This document shows, piece after piece, positions 1 through 8,654 of a stretch of 18,149 bases of DNA. The stretch covers positions 1 through 18,149 of the forward strand of contig JBDKFG010000084.1 of NCBI GenBank assembly GCA_039798785.1. Reading direction: 5' to 3'. The translations under genes were made by a program, and so were the position numbers. Numbering within the stretch: the stretch's first letter is position 1; every line of letters starts with the position of its first letter. Below the pieces are notes generated by a model that worked only from the letters and a program-made list of their open reading frames with translations, was not told where the DNA came from and did no database searches. The DNA comes from Verrucomicrobiota bacterium (GTDB taxonomy: Bacteria > Verrucomicrobiota > Lentisphaeria > Lentisphaerales > Lentisphaeraceae).

Positions 1-2
1 TT

Positions 3-90
3 GGGGTCACGCCCCCAAACCCCATAGGCCTGGGCGTCGCTCCGCTCCTGCTGAGGGAACCCGTAGCGCCGGGTTCCCCCAGACCCCTTC
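3..90. repeat. GC-rich interspersed palindromic repeat (REP-like)
   Basis: Two related units: GGGGTCACGCCCCCAAACCCC (3-23) and GGGAACCCG-tagcgc-CGGGTTCCC-CCAGACCCC. The second has a perfect 9-bp stem (55-63/70-78). No convincing ORF here. Confidence 0.45.
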
Positions 91-143
91 CCGACTTTCT
101 GCCCAAAATCAAGGTTCAACTTTCTTGATTGCAGAGTGTTATG

Positions 144-172
144 ATTATGATACACGGCGTGTATCATGTGAA
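144..172 (-). promoter_or_regulatory. Putative leftward sigma70 promoter with an overlapping palindromic operator
   Basis: Minus strand reads TTCACA (172-167), 17 bp, CATAAT (149-144). The perfect inverted repeat ATGATACAC-ggc-GTGTATCAT (147-167) fills the spacer. Confidence 0.45.
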
Positions 173-183
173 GCGGGAAGCAT

Positions 184-1119
184 CTAAGACTGTGGCCGTC
201 TCCATCGCTCGTCAAATCTCTGGCGCGCCTGTGCCAGAAGCTCTGCGTGACGGGCGGCATCTCGCGGACGATGGCAGGAGAGGCGATGCAGCTCGGCTCC
301 GTCACGCAAATACTGGCGCCCTTCATCATCGAAGCCGGCGATGAAGCGCTCAGCCACATAGTCCTCTGCCGCGGAAGTCAGATGGCTCAAATCCTCGCCG
401 TAAAAACGATAGTCGCGCAATTCATCGATCACCAGCTCCCAGGAAGGAAAGGTCCATGACCGCCCAGGGAAGCGTTTTTCCAAAGCCTCGCACAAAAGCT
501 GCAGACGGGCTTTCGAACGGCTGTTCTCTTGCGGCTTGTCGCGCAGATGACGGATGGGACTGACTGTCAAAGTGAGTCGAGCTTGCGGATGAGAATCCAT
601 CCAGGAGGCCAGAGCCGCCTCCAGGGGCGCCAGCATTTCATCCACATCGCAACAGCGCCGCTGGAACCAAGAACCCGGCAGCTGGTGGCAGTTCGCCACT
701 GGGCGGCCCTGACGCTGATAAAGCCAGGCACTGCCGAAACTGAGGATCAGATGATCACAAGAGCGCATCGCATCCGCCAACGCCTGGTCGCAGCGGCGCA
801 GGGACGGCAGCAATTCCTCTCGCGACTGCGGCGGCGCCGAAGGATGGGCGTCGCCATGATGAAGCAAAGACCAGAATCGGCCTTCGTACTCGATCAGATC
901 AAGCGGATCCGGATCCAGACACTTGATGGCACGATTCAGGCTCTGGGCAATCGCCAGCGGATGAAACAAAGTGCCGCAGGGGTTCACCCAGGCCGGCAAC
1001 TGCCAATCTTGCAGCCGACTCCCCACGGCAGCGGCGAAACAGGATCCGAGAAAGAGGTATCTCTCCCGGTGGCGATAGAGCCAGGGAAACTCGATCTTCA
1101 CTTCGGTGCACCATTTCAT
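184..1119 (-). CDS. GSCFA domain-containing protein (SGNH-hydrolase-like)
   Basis: 311 aa with the family motifs LGSCFA, NPCGTLFHP, ANCHQLP, TVSPIRH, NSRSKA and ELRDYRFY..DLSH. Confidence 0.93.
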   Translation of the reverse strand: MKWCTEVKIEFPWLYRHRERYLFLGSCFAAAVGSRLQDWQLPAWVNPCGTLFHPLAIAQSLNRAIKCLDPDPLDLIEYEGRFWSLLHHGDAHPSAPPQSREELLPSLRRCDQALADAMRSCDHLILSFGSAWLYQRQGRPVANCHQLPGSWFQRRCCDVDEMLAPLEAALASWMDSHPQARLTLTVSPIRHLRDKPQENSRSKARLQLLCEALEKRFPGRSWTFPSWELVIDELRDYRFYGEDLSHLTSAAEDYVAERFIAGFDDEGRQYLRDGAELHRLSCHRPRDAARHAELLAQARQRFDERWRRPQS

Positions 1120-1279
1120 CCACAGCCCCTTGAAATCGCTCCAGTTTCAGCGAATCTCGGCATGCAGAGTATCCTCTTCCGCCGATTCCACCACCGCTCA
1201 GCCGCCACTCAGCCACTCAGAAGTCCTTGGCAAAGGCCCTGGTCGCGGCAGATTGCCAGGCAGCAACCCGGAAAGAGCG

Positions 1280-1582
1280 ATGTCCACTCACCAGCTTCCT
1301 GAACATGCCGCCTTGATCAAACTCATCGGCCAGCTCGAAATGGCCCGCTACCGCATCCGGGAAAGCTCCGGACCGGAAGAACGACAGGCCGAAATCGAGC
1401 GCACCTGGAAGCTGGTGACCGAAGCCGCCGCCGCCCATCAGGCAGGGCACAAAGCCAAGCTCAGCGAAGCGCAAAGAAAACAACGCCTCGCCGCCTTGGA
1501 ACTGGCGAACCGGATCAAACGGGAGACCGGCCGTCTCGGCGGCCGACCCAGGAAAGACCGCGCCAGCCCGGGCCCGACTTGA
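1280..1582 (+). CDS. Small basic hypothetical protein, possibly DNA-binding (C-terminal GGRPRK)
   Basis: ATG at 1280 follows a purine-rich GGAAAGAG. 100 aa, helical and charged, ending GRLGGRPRK (AT-hook-like). Divergent from the GSCFA gene. Confidence 0.7.
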   Translation: MSTHQLPEHAALIKLIGQLEMARYRIRESSGPEERQAEIERTWKLVTEAAAAHQAGHKAKLSEAQRKQRLAALELANRIKRETGRLGGRPRKDRASPGPT

Positions 1583-1589
1583 CTCCTGC

Positions 1590-4511
1590 TCACTTCGGCA
1601 AGCGCCGGGCCAACCCCTCCATCCGCGCCCGGGTCTTCTCGTCGGTCTCCCGCCCAAGCGCCATCCTCAACTCGGTGACCAAGGCAGCATCTTTGCGGAG
1701 ATCGCGACGAAGGAGATGCTGAAATGCAAGCTCGCGGACCGCCGCGGACCGATCCTGCAAGGCGAGAAGCCCCTGGCTGCGACCGGTGGCGCCGTCAAGC
1801 TGGAGAAGAAGATTCCAGGCGATCCGTCTCGCCTCCGCATCCTTCTCCTTGACCAGTAGCTGCCTGACCTGGGTGATCAAGGCGCCGTCATCCTCCTTCA
1901 AACGCGGCGTTTGCTGCAAGGCGCTGCGGCGGCTGCGCTCGCTGGGACTGGCCAAGGCGATTTGCAGAAGCGCCGCGGCCGCTTGTTGGCGTGTCGCCTC
2001 CTGATGGGCCAGCCCCCGCCAATGGGCGATCTGGCGCCCGTCCCACTTCTGCTGCAGCTCGTCTCGGCGCTTGGCTTCGGTCTGGGCGCTGATCACCGCG
2101 GCGCAGGTGCGGGCCTCGGGAAAGCCGGGATCTTCCCCGGCCAGGGCGTTCTCCAAGGCTTGGCCGCTGACCAGGACATCGGCATCCCCGAGCCCGAGCT
2201 TCAGCAAAGGGCGGAATACAGGTGATTTTTTAAATTGCAAAGCTTGCAGCAGCGCCAGCCGTCCGGCAGCATCGAATTCCGGCCATTTCGCGGCCAGTGC
2301 GGCGAGCTGAGGCCCGGCATCCTGATCTGCGCCGACAAGACGCTCGAAACCATATTTGATCCAGCGGGAATCGCGGCTCGCTGCCATCAGCTGGGGAAGA
2401 TCCGCGAGGGGAATCTCGCCAAGCTTCGGATAAAAGTTCTCCCAGAACGCATTGCGTAGACCTTTCCGCTGCGACTCCTCAGGCAGGCGGGAGGCGTTGG
2501 CAAATCCTCGCCGCAGGGTCGCCGACACGTCGGTCTCGACGCGGGCGAGCCAGGAGACGGATTGCCGACGCAATTCCTCGTCAGTCGAGACCAGGGAACT
2601 CCAAGCGAGCTCTCGCAAGCTGATAGCGGATTTTTCCTGGGCGAGCAGCTTCGCCGCGTCAAGTCCGGTTTTCTGCAGCAGCCGGCAGGTCTCGCCAGGA
2701 CTGAGCTGGCACGCCAGGATTGGTTCATAAAGGCCCTGCTGCAAAAATGCATCGAAAACCGCTTCCCGGCTGTCCGCCTCGGCGAGAAGTCCGGCGACGA
2801 CCGCTTGCAGCGCGGGCGGCAGCCTGCCCTCGCGCAGACGGCGGATCAGGATCTGGTTCCACTGGCCGAGGCGGCGCTTGGCGTCGACAGCTCCGAAGCC
2901 GCCCCAAGCCTGACGCAGCGACTGGTCGTCTTCAAAAGCCAGGGGAAAGGCAGGATGCCCCATCAGGTCGGCGATTTCGCCCGTCAAATTCGGATCGGCG
3001 TGTTTGAGCAGCTCTCTGGCAAGCGCCTGGACGAAGCGGGCTTCGGCCTCTCCGGGACTGCGGAGGTGCCAATCACGCCGGAGGAGGCGCAGCACCGCGA
3101 GACGCTGCTTCGCGTCATGCTGTCCGAGCTCCTCAGCCAGCTTTGCTCCGAGCCCCCGCTTCAATGCCAGCGACAAGGCCCAGACCCGACGGGCTTCGCA
3201 CTCCCCTTCGCCATCACTCGCCCAGGCCAGAAGCCGCGCCTCCTCGATCCCGCCTTCATAAGGCGCCAAAGCTGCGAACAGCTGCGGCGGCAAGGGCCGC
3301 GATTCCTGAAGAACTTGCAGCAGCGACTGCCTCACCTTCGGCGATGCCGGCACCTTGGCCAGGACCGAGAGCGCCTGCGCCCGCAGCGCGCTTTGATCGC
3401 CGTCGCGATAGATGCGCGGCAGTGATTCCCGCTCGAGGGCGAGTAGCCCCAATGCTTGCGCCGGACTGAGCTGCGCCGGGGGGACCTTGACGATTTTGCT
3501 GCGCTGCACGGTTTCGCTGCTGCCGGCGAAGAACTTCACCTCCAGGGTCCCGGGCAACTCCTCCAGCAAGCCGAAGTCGCTGCGCAAGCACTTTTCCGCC
3601 AAGGCGCCGCCAAAGGCTTCGCCGCCGCCGCCGATCGCCGGCAGCTTCACATAGGTCAGCGTGCAGAGATGATAGCGGTTCAAGCCGAGAGGGTTGATCA
3701 ACAGCGCCTGGTCTTCGGGCACCTCGGTGCGCAAGGTCTCGACATCCTTGCCGGCTGCATTGACGAAGCGGAATTCGCATTCGCCCGGATCCATCTTCAA
3801 AGTGACGATCCCGGCAGCGGGAATCTTCAGCTTTTCGACACCGTCGATCCACAGACTCAAATCCTCATCAGAGCCGTTGTCGATGGTGACATTCGGGATC
3901 TCCGCCGCAACGGCCGCGACTTGTCCCACCGGCACCGCACCCCGGATCGCCTGCTGCATCCCCAATCCTAAGCCGAGATAAAGCCCGAGGGCGACTAAGC
4001 TCACCGCCCCGCTGGCGGCCCAGGCGGCGGGACGCCCGAGATTGCTGCGGAAGATGGCCCAGTTGACCCCCGCGGCGGCACCGCCGCAGGCACCTCCGAT
4101 GAATCCGCCGCCAATAACCAGAACCAGGGGAACTCCGCTCCAAACCTTCTCAGCTAGACTCAATTCCCTAGCTGGCGCACCGGCATCCTCGATTTCGAGC
4201 TTGAGACGCCCATGTTGACGCAGGACCCGGATCCGAACCTCGCGGCCATCATTGTCTGTGACCGTGAAAGCCTGGGGATCTCCGGCATCAGGGGCAAGGA
4301 TGGCCTCATCAATGCATAGGCTGTAGTTCCCGCTTCCCGGATCGTAGCGGCCGCTCAGGCCGCGACCGTCGAAACGGCTTGAAGTGGAGACTTCGGTTTC
4401 AAGCACTTTGCACCTCGCGGCTGGCTCTGGATGTTTAAACGATTGTAGCTCACCCCGAGCCTCAATGTCAAGAAGACGCCGCTCCGCACCCCAAGACTGA
4501 GATGCATTCAA
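1590..4511 (-). CDS. Large membrane-anchored protein with HEAT/ARM-like helical repeats
   Basis: 973-aa ORF with a TTG start (GGAGAG upstream; start uncertain). It has a Gly-rich hydrophobic segment (PLVLVIGGGFIGGACGGAAAGVNW...), a small beta-rich module (VTIDNGSDEDLSLWIDG), then Leu/Ala/Arg-rich repeats (LGDADVLVSGQAL, LQDRSAAVRELAF). Confidence 0.8.
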   Translation of the reverse strand: MNASQSWGAERRLLDIEARGELQSFKHPEPAARCKVLETEVSTSSRFDGRGLSGRYDPGSGNYSLCIDEAILAPDAGDPQAFTVTDNDGREVRIRVLRQHGRLKLEIEDAGAPARELSLAEKVWSGVPLVLVIGGGFIGGACGGAAAGVNWAIFRSNLGRPAAWAASGAVSLVALGLYLGLGLGMQQAIRGAVPVGQVAAVAAEIPNVTIDNGSDEDLSLWIDGVEKLKIPAAGIVTLKMDPGECEFRFVNAAGKDVETLRTEVPEDQALLINPLGLNRYHLCTLTYVKLPAIGGGGEAFGGALAEKCLRSDFGLLEELPGTLEVKFFAGSSETVQRSKIVKVPPAQLSPAQALGLLALERESLPRIYRDGDQSALRAQALSVLAKVPASPKVRQSLLQVLQESRPLPPQLFAALAPYEGGIEEARLLAWASDGEGECEARRVWALSLALKRGLGAKLAEELGQHDAKQRLAVLRLLRRDWHLRSPGEAEARFVQALARELLKHADPNLTGEIADLMGHPAFPLAFEDDQSLRQAWGGFGAVDAKRRLGQWNQILIRRLREGRLPPALQAVVAGLLAEADSREAVFDAFLQQGLYEPILACQLSPGETCRLLQKTGLDAAKLLAQEKSAISLRELAWSSLVSTDEELRRQSVSWLARVETDVSATLRRGFANASRLPEESQRKGLRNAFWENFYPKLGEIPLADLPQLMAASRDSRWIKYGFERLVGADQDAGPQLAALAAKWPEFDAAGRLALLQALQFKKSPVFRPLLKLGLGDADVLVSGQALENALAGEDPGFPEARTCAAVISAQTEAKRRDELQQKWDGRQIAHWRGLAHQEATRQQAAAALLQIALASPSERSRRSALQQTPRLKEDDGALITQVRQLLVKEKDAEARRIAWNLLLQLDGATGRSQGLLALQDRSAAVRELAFQHLLRRDLRKDAALVTELRMALGRETDEKTRARMEGLARRLPK

Positions 4512-4556
4512 GCGGCTCTCCCTGACTCCCTATCCCGGCAGAGCCGGAACCAGTGG

Positions 4557-4631
4557 GAGGCCCCGGCTTCAGCCGGCCCGTTCTACTGTCCCCGGTTTTT
4601 GAGCTTAACAACCGGCTGAAGCCGGGGCTAC
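4557..4631. repeat. Inverted REP doublet (REPIN-like, GTAG class)
   Basis: Perfect 17-bp inverted repeat GCCCCGGCTTCAGCCGG (4560-4576 / 4612-4628) with a 35-bp spacer. Each arm is itself a hairpin (CCGGCT-tc-AGCCGG). The right copy ends CTAC, which is GTAG on the minus strand. Confidence 0.75.
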
Positions 4632-4809
4632 AAACCTAGAACTCTTGACTCTCGAGGACTTTTTTGTCTCAATTGAACAACTGGGAGACCCAGTTCCCTC
4701 CCTAAGCTGTGATCCTGAAATTCGAGTGAGACAGGTCGGAATTTCTCGCTCTGAGGGCGCAGAATGAACAAGGATCGGCATCGTATCGGGAAAAACACGG
4801 AGTCGACGG

Positions 4810-5463
4810 ATGACCTTGCTGGAAATCACAGGACTGAAGAAATCCTACGGAAATCAAGTCATTCTCGACATTCCGGCCTTCTCCCTCGAGACGGGATCCC
4901 AGACTGTACTGGCCGGCCCCTCCGGCTCGGGCAAAAGCACTTTGCTCTCGGTCATCGCCGGCCTTCTCCGACCTGATGCGGGAAGCGTCCGACTCCTCGG
5001 CGAAGACCTCTACGCCCTCAAGGAATCCGTGCGCGACCGCTTCCGGGCCCGTCATCTCGGCGTCCTCTTCCAGGATGCCGCGCTCCTCAATTCTTGCACA
5101 GCGCTGGAAAATGTCACGCTGGCTCAGAGTTTCGCCGGCAAGGATGATCCCGAACGGGCTCTTCACCTTCTCGGGCATCTCGGCCTAGGCGAACGTCTCC
5201 GACATTTCCCCCCGCAACTCTCGCCGGGCCAACGCCAGCGTGTCGCGCTTGCACGTTCCTTGGTCAATCGACCGGCTCTGCTTCTCGCCGACGAACCGAC
5301 TGCCGCTCTTGATCCCGCTGCAGCTCAGATTTCTCTCGAAATGATTCGCCGTTCTTGCGCCGAAGACGGGTGCGCTCTTCTGATCATCTCCCATGATCCC
5401 CGCCTCACCGCCGGCAACATGCCTGTGCTGCATCTAGGGGAATTTAATCGCACAGGAAAATAA
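4810..5463 (+). CDS. ABC transporter ATP-binding protein, LolD/FtsE/MacB-like
   Basis: 217 aa with Walker A GPSGSGKS, signature LSPGQRQRV, Walker B LLLADEPT and H-loop ISHD. GGAG RBS upstream. Confidence 0.93.
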   Translation: MTLLEITGLKKSYGNQVILDIPAFSLETGSQTVLAGPSGSGKSTLLSVIAGLLRPDAGSVRLLGEDLYALKESVRDRFRARHLGVLFQDAALLNSCTALENVTLAQSFAGKDDPERALHLLGHLGLGERLRHFPPQLSPGQRQRVALARSLVNRPALLLADEPTAALDPAAAQISLEMIRRSCAEDGCALLIISHDPRLTAGNMPVLHLGEFNRTGK

Positions 5464-5547
5464 GCTCGCGCACCGCTCAACCTCACTCGCAGGATGACTG
5501 CCGACTCGCTCCGCCAGTATCTCTCGGCATTTTCCTGCAACAGCCCC

Positions 5548-5590
5548 TTGCTTTCGGCTTAACTGTGTGGTATGATCCATACAGTTAAGC
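5548..5590 (+). promoter_or_regulatory. Sigma70 promoter with overlapping YtrA-type operator
   Basis: TTGCTT (5548-5553), 17 bp, TATGAT (5571-5576, with extended TGn). The -10 box is flanked by a 13/14 inverted repeat GCTTAACTGTGTGG / CCATACAGTTAAGC, directly upstream of the GntR gene. Confidence 0.8.
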
Positions 5591-5599
5591 AAGGACTGT

Positions 5600-5986
5600 A
5601 TGGCTCTTCCTCTTCACATCAACATTCAATCGGGCATCCCGGTCTACCGGCAGCTGCTCGACCAGATCCGTCACCTGGCGATCTGCGGTTCGCTGCGTCC
5701 CGGCGATCCCCTCCCCTCGATCCGCGAGCTCGCCGCCGAGCTGGCTTTGAATCCCTCGACCATCGTCAAGACCTACGACTTGCTGGCCCAGGAAGGCCTG
5801 GTTGAGAAGCGCCCCGGCGCCGGGGTTTTTATGCTCGCACCGCCCTCGCCCCGCCTCGATCCCGGCGAACGCGAATCCCGCATCCGCGCCGAGCTGCAAC
5901 GCCTCCTCCCAGAGTGGCGAGCCCTCGGCTCATCGCCCAGCCAGATTATGCGCCTCCTCGGCGAAGAACTGGAGAAACTCGAATGA
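5600..5986 (+). CDS. GntR-family transcriptional regulator, YtrA subfamily
   Basis: 128 aa: SGIPVYRQL...LRPGDPLPSIRELAAELALNPSTIVKTY...RPGAGVF with a short C-terminal domain. AAGGA RBS. Heads an ABC operon. Confidence 0.95.
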   Translation: MALPLHINIQSGIPVYRQLLDQIRHLAICGSLRPGDPLPSIRELAAELALNPSTIVKTYDLLAQEGLVEKRPGAGVFMLAPPSPRLDPGERESRIRAELQRLLPEWRALGSSPSQIMRLLGEELEKLE

Positions 5987-5991
5987 CCTGC

Positions 5992-6084
5992 AGCTCCGTG
6001 GCTCGACCATCCCTGGTCGAGTGCGCTCCCCTGGGAGCCCCGGCCTCCGTGCCGGGCCTTTCTCGAGCTGGAAGCTCGATCCAC
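5992..6084. repeat. Cluster of three REP-like hairpins
   Basis: GTGGCTCGACCATCCCTGGTCGAG (+, 5998-6021), TGGGAGCCCCGGCCTCCGTGCCGGG (+, 6032-6056) and CTCGAGCTGGAAGCTCGATCCAC (-, 6062-6084). Confidence 0.7.
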
Positions 6085-6128
6085 GTTTAACCTCGCAACT
6101 CCCTAACCCCGCAACCCGGTTTCTTCCC

Positions 6129-6827
6129 ATGCTCATCGAAAAACTCCTCCTCAGCAAAAACCCGCAACGCCCCGGCAGCATGGCCTCGGCGCGGCAAGCC
6201 TTGACTTGGTGTGATTGCCAACGCCACGGCGACAAGATCGACGCCTTTCTCAGCGCCTGGTTCACCTTCACCTTCATTCTCCCCGCTCTCAGCTCACCGG
6301 GTTCGCTCTTCTTCTTTCTAAATCTCTACAGCCTGGTCGTCCTGCTGCCAATCAACCTCCCGTCGCAACGCCAGCAAGAGGAATTCAACCTCTGCCTGCC
6401 GCCGAGTCACGCCGATGTCTTTGCCTCCAGAGCGCAAGTTCTTCTGTTCGCTCCGATCACCTTTGTGATCCTGACGCCGCTGGTTTACGCATTGCAACTA
6501 CCTTCGATCTTCTGGGGAATCTGGTGCGCCGACCTCCTCAATCAGCCCAGCCCGCCGCAACAGTGCCTCTTGCTCCTCAATGTCGGCCTTCTTTCCCTCA
6601 TCCCGATGCTCATGCTTTTCCGTCAATCCTTTTCCGCCTCGCTGCTCTTCAGCCGCAGCGGCATGATCAACTGCAGTTTCGCCGCCTTCCGCTACGCCCT
6701 GATCGTCTTCATTGCCGATCATTTCCACCCCCTGCTACTCACCGCCGTCGCACTCGCCATCTGCGGCTGGATACTGCTGCGCACCCGCCATGAATTCCGC
6801 CGCCGCTTCTTACAGGAGACATTCTGA
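6129..6827 (+). CDS. Putative ABC-2-type permease subunit (A1)
   Basis: 232-aa multi-pass hydrophobic protein with an EEFNLCLPPS coupling-loop-like motif. Paralogue of 7959-8654. Start chosen at ATG 6129 by alignment with the paralogue (MLIEKL / MLLEKL). Confidence 0.8.
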   Translation: MLIEKLLLSKNPQRPGSMASARQALTWCDCQRHGDKIDAFLSAWFTFTFILPALSSPGSLFFFLNLYSLVVLLPINLPSQRQQEEFNLCLPPSHADVFASRAQVLLFAPITFVILTPLVYALQLPSIFWGIWCADLLNQPSPPQQCLLLLNVGLLSLIPMLMLFRQSFSASLLFSRSGMINCSFAAFRYALIVFIADHFHPLLLTAVALAICGWILLRTRHEFRRRFLQETF

Positions 6828-7864
6828 TGTACCTGCTCATCCTTGTCCTGGGAGTCATCGCCATCAGCATCCTCGGCCTGTTGATCCGGCGACAGATCCG
6901 TCCCGTCCTTTGCCGCTTTCTCGCTGCACTCCTCGCACTTGCCGCTTTCGTCTCTTTCCCTATCCTCGAAGCGCAAATCACCGAGCCTCCGTCCGCGCCC
7001 GATTTCACCTTCCATGAGGCCGACGCAAGCAGTTCCGGGCCAGCTCAGATCCTGCAAGTCTTCGCCGTCGACGCCAAAGGCTTCCTGGTCGCCCAGGAGA
7101 TCCCGGTGCGGGAAGCGCAAACCCTCAGCATCCCTCTGGATGTTTATGGCTCGGTCGAGCTCAAGATCGATCCGGATCAGAGAAGAGCGAAGTTGTTGGA
7201 TCGCAAGACTCGTCTGCTTTCCATTGCCAAGCCGTTCAACTACATGAGAAACCGCCTGACTCAGGAAGAGTTTGACCGATCCGAAGCGGAACGAAAGGCC
7301 GGCATTCCCTGGATTGAGCAATCTCAGCCGCTCAACGAGAAATTCTTCGACACTTGGCAGCACTGTGAGCTCGTCCCCCTCTGTCCGACGAAAAACGCGA
7401 GAGTCCGCTTGAGCTGGCGCCTCATCCGGCCGCAGCCCCAAGCGACCTTCGATCTGAACGCCCAGCTGGAGAAATATGAAGCCATGATTTTGAGCAAAGC
7501 TCAATTGGCAAAGTTGTTAGGGTCTGCACATCGGCAAACTCCCGACACCCCCTCATCGCTAAACCTCCTCATGACCTCACATCGCTACCTCCTGGTGCTT
7601 CTCCTCGCCGGATTTGCCCTCTTCATCGCCTTGCCGTTCCGCCTTCCTCTGGCCTTGCCCTCGGCAACCCTGGTCAGTCTGCTGTTCCTCCTTGCCATCG
7701 ACGATCAAAACTGGCGTCAAGCCCAGGCCGAAATCGACCCCGTCAAATCCTGGCGGATGGAGCAGCAATCTCTCTTCTTCAGCCGAGGAGAAGTCGATAT
7801 CAGGGGCTTCGAGAAAATCCTGAACAATCCCAGCACCCAAATTATGAGGCAAGTGACGCCATGA
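6827..7864 (+). CDS. Hypothetical membrane protein B1 (2 TM, soluble domain, 2 TM)
   Basis: 345 aa with a TGATG overlap with A1. Paralogue of 8651-9607 (LLIRR, GFLVAQEI, LPFRLP). Confidence 0.8.
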   Translation: MYLLILVLGVIAISILGLLIRRQIRPVLCRFLAALLALAAFVSFPILEAQITEPPSAPDFTFHEADASSSGPAQILQVFAVDAKGFLVAQEIPVREAQTLSIPLDVYGSVELKIDPDQRRAKLLDRKTRLLSIAKPFNYMRNRLTQEEFDRSEAERKAGIPWIEQSQPLNEKFFDTWQHCELVPLCPTKNARVRLSWRLIRPQPQATFDLNAQLEKYEAMILSKAQLAKLLGSAHRQTPDTPSSLNLLMTSHRYLLVLLLAGFALFIALPFRLPLALPSATLVSLLFLLAIDDQNWRQAQAEIDPVKSWRMEQQSLFFSRGEVDIRGFEKILNNPSTQIMRQVTP

Positions 7865-7883
7865 ACAGGTCACCCCGAAACCC

Positions 7884-7906
7884 CTCGATCGGGACGATCG
7901 AACCAC
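7884..7906 (-). repeat. REP-like hairpin (GTGG-tailed)
   Basis: CTCGATCG-GGA-CGATCGAACCAC; 22/23 identical to 11243-11265. Confidence 0.75.
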
Positions 7907-7958
7907 ATTGAACTCCCCCCTTACCTCTCCTAAAACCCATCAAACCCCTTCCAAGACC

Positions 7959-8654
7959 ATGCTCCTCGAAAAACTCTTCCTCCTGAAAAAGCCCCCGATG
8001 CCCGGCTCCTCCGAAGCGGCGCGGCAGGCGATCTATTGGCGGGAGATCCAACGCCACGGACCGCTGATCAACGGCTTTCTTGGCATCTGGATCGGCCTGA
8101 CCTTTGTCCTGCCGGTGTTTGGCCATCCCGTCATTTTCTTCTACTTCCTCGCTGTCTATGCCGCCGCAGTGCTGGTGCCGATCAACCTCGAATCACAGCG
8201 ACGGGAGGAGGAGCTCACCCTCTGCCTGCCGCCCTCACGCGAGGACATCTTCAACGCCCGCTTCAACCTCCTCCTCCTGCCGGTCGTGATCATGATCTGC
8301 CTCGGAGGACTCAGTGCCGCACTCGACCTGGCGGCCAGATTCTGGGATTTCTTCGTCAGCGACACCATGAACCAAGCGGCTTCCAAAGGTAGCAGCTACG
8401 CCCTTTTCTCCTGGGGCAGCTTCGCCTTCCTCGGCATGTGTCTGCTCTTCCGCCAAGCCCTCTGCGGACCGGGGCTGTTCACCCCGCGCGGCTTCTTCAG
8501 CTTCTCCCTGCGCGCCGGCGCCTGCCTGCTTGTGGTTTTCCTGAGCTGCAAATTATCGCCGCATTTCCTCTTCATCTCCAGCGTCTTTCTGTCGCTCTGG
8601 GTCATGCGTCGCGGCGCCCGCGACTTCATCGAGCAACAAGGAGGCTTCCTGTGA
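7959..8654 (+). CDS. Putative ABC-2-type permease subunit (A2)
   Basis: 231 aa with EEELTLCLPPSREDIFNAR; aligns end to end with A1. Confidence 0.82.
   Translation: MLLEKLFLLKKPPMPGSSEAARQAIYWREIQRHGPLINGFLGIWIGLTFVLPVFGHPVIFFYFLAVYAAAVLVPINLESQRREEELTLCLPPSREDIFNARFNLLLLPVVIMICLGGLSAALDLAARFWDFFVSDTMNQAASKGSSYALFSWGSFAFLGMCLLFRQALCGPGLFTPRGFFSFSLRAGACLLVVFLSCKLSPHFLFISSVFLSLWVMRRGARDFIEQQGGFL

Noticed and set aside
529..3971. Plus-strand ORFs 529-1302, 2562-3425 and 3456-3971
   Set aside because: They are antisense to the GSCFA and HEAT-repeat genes and carry no recognisable motifs.
5557..5590. Integron attC site (ends GCTTAAC...GTTAAGC fit RYYYAAC/GTTRRRY)
   Set aside because: It is only 34 bp, shorter than known attC sites, there is no integrase, and it is better explained as the GntR operator over the -10 box.
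5802..6128. N-terminal extensions of ORFs 5802-6827, 7908-8654 and 8438-9607
   Set aside because: They overlap upstream genes or intergenic repeat tracts. Paralogue alignment supports starts at 6129, 7959 and 8651.
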